From Macrostomum lignano (lineage: Eukaryota): a DNA stretch of 64,000 nt. The translations under genes and the position numbers were made by a program. Of this stretch, positions 37,075 through 64,000 are shown piece by piece. Every line of letters starts with the position of its first letter. Positions within the stretch are counted from its first letter, which is position 1. The stretch is from contig NIVC01000930.1 of assembly GCA_002269645.1 (NCBI GenBank), positions 124,001 through 188,000 on the forward strand. The letters are read 5' to 3'. The notes beneath the pieces are model-generated. The model was not told the DNA's origin and searched no databases. It worked only from the letters and a program-made list of their open reading frames with translations.

Positions 37075-37993
37075 CCCAGATCTCGATCTCACTCTTAGAT
37101 TTTGATCTCACCCCTAGATCTCGATCTCACCCTTAGATTTTGATCTCACCCTATATCTCTATTAAACCTAGATCTCTATCTCACCTAAATCTCTATCTCA
37201 GCTAGATCTCATCTCAGCTAGATCTCTATCTCACCTAGAACTCTATTTCACCTAAATCTCTATCACGCCTAGATCTCTATCTCACCTAGATCTCTATCTC
37301 ACCTAGATCTCTATCACACCTAGATCTCTATCTCACCTAGATCTCTATCACACCTAGATCTCTATCTCACCTAGATCTCTATCTCACCTAGATCTCTATC
37401 CCACCTAGATCTCTATCACACCTAGATCTCTCTCTCACCTAGATCTCTCTCTCACCTAGATCTCTATCACACTTAGATTTCTATCTCTATCTTTAGCTAT
37501 CTTATCTCACCTAGATCTCTATCTCACCTAGATCTCTATCTCACCTAGATCTCTATCTCACCTAGATCTCTCTCTCAGCTAGATCTCATCTCAGCTAGAT
37601 CTCTATCTCACCTAGAACTCTATTTCACCTAAATCTCTATCACGCCTAGATCTCTATCTCACCTAGATCTCTATCTCACCTAGATCTCTATCACACCTAG
37701 ATCTCTATCTCACCTAGATCTCTATCACACTTAGATTTCTATCTCTATCTTTAGCTATCTTATCTCACCTAGATCTCTATCACGCCTAGATCTCTATCTC
37801 ACCTAGATCTTTATCTCACCTAGATCTCTATCTCACCTAGATCTCTATCTCACCTAGATCTCTATCTCACCTAGATCTCTATCACACCTAGATCTCTCTC
37901 TCACCTAGATCTCTCTCTCACCTAGGTCTCTATCACACTTAGATTTCTATCTCTATCTTTAGCTATCTTATCTCACCTAGATCTCTATCTCAC
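37075..37993. repeat. 17-bp minisatellite (CACCTAGATCTCTATCT) ending at the acceptor of the nuclear receptor first coding exon
   Basis: Direct reading; a larger internal block is duplicated (~37200 and ~37578). Confidence 0.93.
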
Positions 37994-38037
37994 CACTGTA
38001 GGACACCGCGGAGCGCCAGAGCAGTCCTGAAGCTGCC

Positions 38038-50752
<12,715 letters not shown>

Positions 50753-51605
50753 CAGACCGCCTCAAATTGATATTGTTATAATCGACGATAATTGTTCACA
50801 CAGACACAAAATTGATGTTTTCCAATTTTGTTGTAACATTGCGCCCTTGTTATTGTCTGGCTGTTGTCAGTTTTGGTTTGACTCTGTAATATTTGTTGTT
50901 TTATGTGAATTGTTTATCAGCATTGCTGCGCCCATTTGTTAAATAATGCATCAAATATCTCTAGTTCGAGACAATTAGACAAGCCCTACTACTCTACTGT
51001 TAGTAGGCGAGTAGGGAATTTTTGCGTAGAAATTTAACTGCGTGTAAAACTGGTATTGGTTTATCATACTGTTATTTAATTACCACGGTAAGTGGCCCAG
51101 TATAATTTAATTTTATTGCAATTAAAACTTTTCTGTCTTACCTTGAAACAATTAATTCTTACATTTAAACCACTGCTTGCCACAAAGAAAAGGCAGTTTT
51201 ATTATTATTTTTACATACTGTTTAAATTAATATAAGGAATCCAATTGCGTCCGCCGCCACCCCTCTCCCTCAAAAATCTGAACGGCTTACTCCCAGCAAC
51301 ATTTTCTCAACCGTTTTTCAGGTCGAAACAGCCAGTGCGTTTTTATAATATTGAGTGGCTACCCTGTTTAATATTGGCTTTGTTTCTGTTTGCTTTTGTG
51401 AGTCTCTCTGCTTTTGTTTGTTTGTTTGTTTCATTTACTAATATCATATCGTATCTCAGTTGCTTTAAAATTGGCTTAATTAATGAGGTATTTATAGTGC
51501 AATGGCAAATACACTGCAATGCCCCAATGAACCTTCATGGCAGTTCGAGACCAGTTCGCCTGCACCTATTGAACCCACGGCTAGCAAGAATTTGCATGGG
51601 ATTTT

Positions 51606-53415
51606 GGGATAATGAATCTGGATTTAGGGATAATGAATCTGGATATAGGGATAATGAATCTGGATGTAAGGATAATGAATCTGGATATAGGGATAATGAA
51701 TCTGGATATAGGGATAATGAATCTGGATATAGGGATAATGAATCTGGATATAGGGATAATGAATCTGGATATAGGGATAATGAATCTGGATGTAGGGATA
51801 ATGAATCTGGATATAGGGATAATGAATCTGGATATAGGGATAATGAATCTGGATTTAGGGATAATGAATCTGGATATAGGGATAATGAATCTGGATGTAA
51901 GGATAATGAATCTGGATATAGGGATAATGAATCTGGATGTAGGGATAATGAATCTGGATATAGGGATAATGAATCTTGATGTAGGGATAATGAATCTGGA
52001 TATAGGGATAATGAATCTGGATATAGGGATAATGAATCTGGATTTAGGGATAATGAATCTGGATATAGGGATAATGAATCTGGATGTAAGGATAATGAAT
52101 CTGGATATAGGGATAATGAATCTGGATGTAGGGATAATGAATCTGGATATAGGGATAATGAATCTTGATATAGGGATAATGAATCTGGATATAGGGATAA
52201 TGAATCTGGATATAGGGATAATGAATCTGGATATAGGGATACTGAATCTGGATATAGGGATACTGAATCTGGATATAGGGATAATGAATCTGGATTTAGA
52301 GATAATGAATCTGGATTTAGAGATAATTAATCTGGATATAGGGATAATGAATCTGGATATAGGGATAATTAATCTGGATATAGGGATAATGAATCTGGAT
52401 ATAGGGATACTGAATCTGGATATAGGGATACTGAATCTGGATTTAGAGATAATGAATCTGGATTTAGAGATAATTAATCTGGATATAGGGATAATGAATC
52501 TGGATATAGGGATAATGAATCTGGATATAGGGATAATGAATCTGGATTTAGAGATAATTAATCTGGATATAGGGATAATGAATCTGGATATAGGGATACT
52601 GAATCTGGATATAGGGATAATGAACCTGGATATAGGGATAATGAATCTGGATATAGGGATACTGAATCTGGATTTAGAGATAATGAATCTGGATATAGGG
52701 ATAATGAATCTGGATATAGGGATACTGAATCTGGATATAGGGATACTGAATCTGGATATAGGGATACTGAATCTGGATACAGGGATAATGAATCTGGATT
52801 TAGAGATAATGAATCTGGATATAGGGATACTGAATCTGGATATAGGGATACTGAATCTGGATTTAGAGATAATGAATCTGGATATAGGGATACTGAATCT
52901 GGATATAGGGATACTGAATCTGGATATAGGGATAATGAATCTGGATATAGGAATACTGAATCTGGATATAGGGATACTGAATCTGGATATAGGGATACTG
53001 AATCAGGATATAGGGATACCGAATCTTGATATAGGGATAATGAATCTGGATATAGGGATAATGAATCTGGATATAGGGATACTGAATCTGGATATAGGGA
53101 TAATGAATCTGGATATAGGAATAATGAATCTGGATATAGGAATAATGAATCTGGATATAGGGATACTGAATCTGGATATAGGGATACTGAATCAGGATAT
53201 AGGGATACCGAATCTTGATATAGGGATAATGAATCTGGATATAGGAATAATGAATCTGGATATAGGAATAATGAATCTGGATATAGGGATACTGAATCTG
53301 GATATAGGGATAATGAATCTGGATATAGGGATAATGAATCTGGATATAGGAATAATGAATCTGGATATAGGGATACTGAATCTGGATATAGGGATACTGA
53401 ATCTGGATATAGGGA
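51606..53415. repeat. 21-bp minisatellite (ATAATGAATCTGGATATAGGG), ~85 copies
   Basis: Direct reading; source of the 609-aa MNLDIGI ORF. Confidence 0.97.
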
Positions 53416-54150
53416 CAATGAATAAACTTAAATTAAATTGAATAGGATCAAGTTAAATTGAATAAAAGCTGGCAAAGTCACCCGCAAAATTGGGGCAGGC
53501 GGTTTTGATTTGCTCAATTTTGACCAAACAGCCAGCGCTAAAGAAACTCCAACCTGAGCACGCCAAACTCCTCCACAAAGCATCCAATTAACAATGCAGT
53601 CAATCAGCCAGCTTCTGACAGGGTTATCAACAAACTGTGGAGCAAAAACTGATTTGGTATTTTTTTTAAGTCAAGAACCGGCAAAGTCAGTTCAAGGGCT
53701 GCATAGCAACCAAACGGTCCAGACGAACTGAATCCTGCAAGCCGCCTGGTGACGCAAAGCAGCGCCCTTATCAACCAGATAAAATATAATAATAAACTCG
53801 CAATATCCAAAAATTCAACACAGCGGCTTCAATATTGATGATTAGCAAATTATCCAACTTCCATTTTTGGTCACCGTTCTGACTTGGCGACTCCTACAGA
53901 TTTGAGATTAGACCGTGGGTCCGAAAGCTAAAACAAGCCCCTACTCAGACTCGACAAACTCAGTTAATTATTGATGATCCTACCGAGATGCGTGCAGCTC
54001 AACAACACTCGACAAAGTTTGCCTGTTAGGTAGATTTGGAGCATGAGCTTCTCGGGCATAAAAGCAAAGATGGATTCGCACCGACTCTGCCGGTTGCCAG
54101 CCAGAGAGTTGAACTCATCCATCAGCACCAGTTAATATTCTCGCTAAACT

Positions 54151-54753
54151 ATGCAACGACTGACCGCATCCCGTCTGATGGCCCTCATGGCGCCCATCCT
54201 AGTCCTGACCATCGTGCAGGCGGCTGCGCTGGCTCACGGATCTCCAACGGAGCAGCAGCAGCATCGTGCCGTAAGTGACACCCATCCTCTCTCTGTCGAA
54301 ACCAATCCCCAACATTCGTCACTCTCTCGTCTGCAGTCGAGACTCCGTCGCGACGTTCCCGACATCCTCCTGCCGGACGTTCTTCACGATGGACGTCGGA
54401 AGCGCGGCATTCCGGCCGCGACTGCCAGCCGGCCCGGCCGGTCCTGCATCAAATTCGACGAGGCTGCCTTGCAAGAGTTAGCCGGACTGCTCAACGACGC
54501 TGAGTTGTCGCAGGCGGCGCCGACAAGTCTGGCTAAGCGCTTCTTTGACAGCCTGGTCCGCCCGGTCCCCATCAACAACGGGCGCAGGAAGCGATTCCTG
54601 GACAGCCTCGTGCCCGCCAGGTCAATCTACAACGGCAAGCGGAAGAGATTCTACGACAGTCTGGTCAGGCCAAGCTCGTTCTTCAATCGGGCCGCTCGTC
54701 GAATGGCCAGAGGCGACTTGGTCAGGGATGGAGAGGCTTGGTGCCCGATTTGA
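54151..54753 (+). CDS. Neuropeptide precursor (pedal-peptide/orcokinin-like)
   Basis: Hydrophobic signal peptide (LMALMAPILVLTIVQAAALAHG). Basic cleavage sites (RLRR, RRKR, KR, KRKR) delimit three paralogous peptides: FFDSLVRPVPINN-G, FLDSLVPARSIYN-G, FYDSLVRPSSFFN. Probable in-frame 66-nt intron 54271-54336. AATAAA lies ~65 nt after the stop. Confidence 0.85.
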   Translation: MQRLTASRLMALMAPILVLTIVQAAALAHGSPTEQQQHRAVSDTHPLSVETNPQHSSLSRLQSRLRRDVPDILLPDVLHDGRRKRGIPAATASRPGRSCIKFDEAALQELAGLLNDAELSQAAPTSLAKRFFDSLVRPVPINNGRRKRFLDSLVPARSIYNGKRKRFYDSLVRPSSFFNRAARRMARGDLVRDGEAWCPI

Positions 54754-55124
54754 ATGTTGACGCGCAGTAGATTTTGACCAATATTTGAAAAATTGAAAAA
54801 ACTGCGAATTTCATTGGAAATAAATCTGCCGATAAAACCACATTTATTGATCTCCTTCAGTCTTCAACCCATAGGAGTTGCCGGAAAGTTACGGCGAAAG
54901 AAATTCATTTTGTTGCGTATCAATTGCTACTGATAGTAGCTTGAATTGAATGCTTAAAACCAGAGCTATAGCTTTGTTTCTCGGTCTCTTTGAAAAGAGC
55001 ATCGAACTGACTTTGCGGGCTGCCTTTCGCTCTGTAGGTCAAGGCTCTGCCCGTAAGCACTGCGCAAAGACTCTAGCGGATACTTTTACAACCGCTCTAA
55101 TACTAAAAGTATTAATTAAGTGGC

Positions 55125-56055
55125 AGGGGACAGGGGGGACATTCCCCCCTCAGTAACAGCTATGGGGGGACATGCCAATGCTTTGGCAACCCGCCCCACC
55201 TTGTCAACCGCTATGGAAATCAACAGTTTTGCTTCAGGGTGCCAAAAAAGCGCCTTCGGCCTCGGCGCCAAAATGAGGGCCTGGCTGCGGCGCCAAAATG
55301 AGTGCCTGCGGCGCCAAAATGAGTGCCTGCGAAGCCAAAATGAGTTGCCTGGCTGCGGTGCCAAAATGAGTGCCTGCGGTGCCAAAATGAGTTGCCTGGC
55401 TGCGGCGCTAAAATAAGTGCCTGTCTCTGGCGCCAAAATGAGTACCTGCGACGCCAAAATGAGTTGCCTGGCTGCGGCGCCAAAATGAGTTGCCTGGCTG
55501 CGGCGCCAAAATGAGTGCCTGCGGCGCCAAAATGAGTGCCTGCGAAGCCAAAATGAGTTGCCTGGCGGCGGCGCCAAAATGAGTGCCTGCGACGCCAAAA
55601 TGAGTTGCCTGGCGGCGGCGCTAAAATAAGTGCTTGCGACGCCAAAATGAGTTGCCTGGCGGCGGCGCCAAAATGAGTGCCTGCAACGCCAAAATGAGTT
55701 GCCTGGCTGCGGCGCTAAAATGAGTGCCTGCGGCGCCAAAATGAGTGCCTGGCTGCGGCGCTAAAATGAGTGCCTGCGGCGCCGAAATGAGTTGCCTGGC
55801 TGCGGCGCTAAAATGAGTGCCTGCGGCGCCAAAATGAGTGCCTGCGGCGCCAAAATGAGTGTCTGCGGCGCCAAAATGAGTGCCTGCCGCGCCAAAATGA
55901 GTGCCTGCGGCGCCAAAATGAGTGCCTGCGGCGCCAAAATGAGTGTTTGCGGCGCCAAAATGAGTGCCTGCCGCGCCAAAATGAGTGCCTGCGGCGCCAA
56001 AATGAGTGCCTGCGGCGCCAAAATGAGTGCCTGCCTGTGGGGCGCCAAAGTAAGT
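55125..56055. mobile_element. Satellite-carrying element, copy 2 (21-bp AAAATGAGTGCCTGCGGCGCC array)
   Basis: Same leader and same repeat unit as 24872-26051, in the same orientation. Confidence 0.65.
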
Positions 56056-56904
56056 GCCAACATGATTCCCAAAATAATATAGGAATTTTGTTATGTCGAA
56101 TTCTTTGCTATGAATAAATGAGCTGATAATATATTTTATTTACTTAGTGCAAGGAATCTTGCCAGGAAATAAACGCACACACAGACACACAGACATCTGA
56201 CTTTGCACAGTAGTATGAATGCACATAATTTCAATATTCGGGAAAAAAATATGATAAAATGACACGCAAGCAAAGATTTATAGACAAACATTTTCCCCAC
56301 ACAAATAGACTTCAGGCTACTTGAACGCACACAATTTAATAAATGGATTGCGTATAAATTGCAATAACGGAATAACACAAAATAAAGTACATCGAGTCCC
56401 AGAAAACCGAAAAAAAAACAGAGGGAACAGATTGGTAGGACATGGAAATTGGTTTCAATAAAAAATGGATTTTTATAACGACAAAGAAATATTGAGGAAA
56501 ACACAATATTTTCAAATTTGACTAGAAGGACACGAGGTGACAAGATAAATATTTGATTCTATATTAGAGGTTAAATATATTGAAAATACACACATTTGGA
56601 ATTGTTTTTTGCTATATTTAAAAAAACCCTGACCCCAATTCAACTTTAAAAAATGCGAGCACTAAAAGTAGTTGTACAATTTTGTTTAAATAATCTGCAT
56701 TTACGAAAAAGACAACAGACAAAAAAGCTACCGCGGCCTTTTGCTTTACGACACAACCGAAAATTTAAAGCCGATTAAATAAATCAATAAATGAAATTTG
56801 CGAGTCCAATTGGCCGATTTTAACTAATTGTAGGATTGGGTTGTGCTTTTTAAAAAACTATTTCATAGATATTAATATGTGAAGGCATTCACGTCGAAGC
56901 GAGA

Positions 56905-57450
56905 AAGTGGGGGCTGACCGGGAGAGGATGTACATTGGAGAGAAGTAGGAGTGGGGCTGCCCGGGAGAGGATGTACATTGGAGAGAGTAGGAGTGGGGCT
57001 GCCCGGGAGAGGATGTACATAGGAGAGAAGTAGGAGTGGGGCTGCCCGGGAGAGGATGTACATAGGAGAGAAGTAGGAGTGGGGCTGCCCGGGAGAGGAT
57101 GTACATTGGAACGAGTAGGAGTGGGGCTGCCCGGGAGAGGATGTACATTGGAACGAGTAGGAGTGGGGCTGCCCGGGAGAGGATGTACATTGAAGCGAGT
57201 AGGAGTTGGGGCTGCCCAGGAGAGTATGTACACTGGAGAGAGGAGTAGAGGCCGCCCGGGAGAGGATGTACATTGGAGAGAGTAGGAGTGGGGGCTGCCC
57301 GGGAGAGGATGTACATTGGAGCGAGTAGAAGTTGGGGCTGCCCATGAGAGGATGTACACTGGAGGGAGTAGGTATTGGGGGCTGCCCGGGCGAGGATGTA
57401 CATTGGAGCGAGTAGGAGTTGGGGCTGCCCGGGCGAGGATGTACATCGGG
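56905..57450. repeat. ~41-42 bp minisatellite (GTAGGAGTGGGGCTGCCCGGGAGAGGATGTACATTGGAGAGA)
   Basis: Direct reading; lies downstream of the ICA1 stop. Confidence 0.92.
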
Positions 57451-57783
57451 ACACTAAGTTACAAGGGAAGTCACATAGGTCATAGAGTCACATCGGAAGT
57501 CACTTACATATTCGAAAGATACTGGATGAAAAGATCACAACAACATCCGGCAATATCTAGTAAGACTTATAATAATATAGTAAATCATAAAATGGTTTCT
57601 GTAATGCCATATCAATGAGAATTTATAGAGCTTTAGCAGAAGTATAATCGAGCATTCGAAAAAAATCTTATTCGATTAGCTCTGCTAACAATCTTAGCTC
57701 GTAGCAATAACGCACAAAGCCACAATTTTGTAAAGCTTAATTAAGATCGTACAAATTCCATCATCAAATAGCAATCCAGTTAT

Positions 57784-63708
<5,925 letters not shown>

Positions 63709-64000
63709 TGTTGTATAATTTTAATATGAAAGAAACCAATGGAGCACTAAATTTTTAGTTAGATTCAATATATTCTGAAATCTTATTAAGAAACACTTTG
63801 CAATGTAGAAGTTGAAGTATAAAAGAGCCTATATAGTCAAAATAAATACAAACATTTTTTAAATCATACATACTAACATAGTATAAAAAATATCCTATAA
63901 TAACAACTACAAACAAATTTTAAACATTCCAAAATAACTAAAAAGATAAAATGTATCTATCTATCTAGGTAATGAGGTATGCAATTGATTTTAGTTAGAG

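Noticed and set aside
51612-53441. 609-aa ORF of MNLDIGI repeats (LRR- or solenoid-looking)
   Set aside because: It is one stop-free frame of a 21-bp minisatellite, with no unique domain or splice context.

Overview
Eukaryotic (animal) genomic DNA with GT-AG spliced genes and introns full of minisatellites. Roughly one third of the window is about 30 distinct tandem arrays (manual estimate). The two-DBD nuclear receptor, the repeat style and the gene set suggest a free-living flatworm such as Macrostomum (inference). Six protein genes can be reconstructed by hand: (1) a myosin-head-like protein (minus, ~116-2965) with P-loop, switch I and switch II all eroded; (2) COG5 (minus, 8 exons, ~823 aa); (3) a ~1769-aa TRP channel joining ~20 ankyrin repeats to a TRPM-like pore, TRP box and coiled coil (minus, 2 exons); (4) a 2DBD nuclear receptor (plus, 6 coding exons, ~712 aa, divergent LBD apparently lacking helix 12); (5) a pedal-peptide/orcokinin-like neuropeptide precursor (plus); (6) ICA1/ICA69 (minus, 8 exons, ~604 aa). 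Mobile DNA includes a 2.1-kb foldback element with a nested Harbinger/Tourist-like MITE, a Crypton-like ORF fragment, a P-like TIR element with a 7-bp TSD carrying an RTE LINE fragment, and two copies of a satellite-carrying element. Most long ORFs in the supplied track are artefacts of tandem repeats. No tRNA, rRNA or CRISPR array could be supported. All coordinates and exon models are manual reads.
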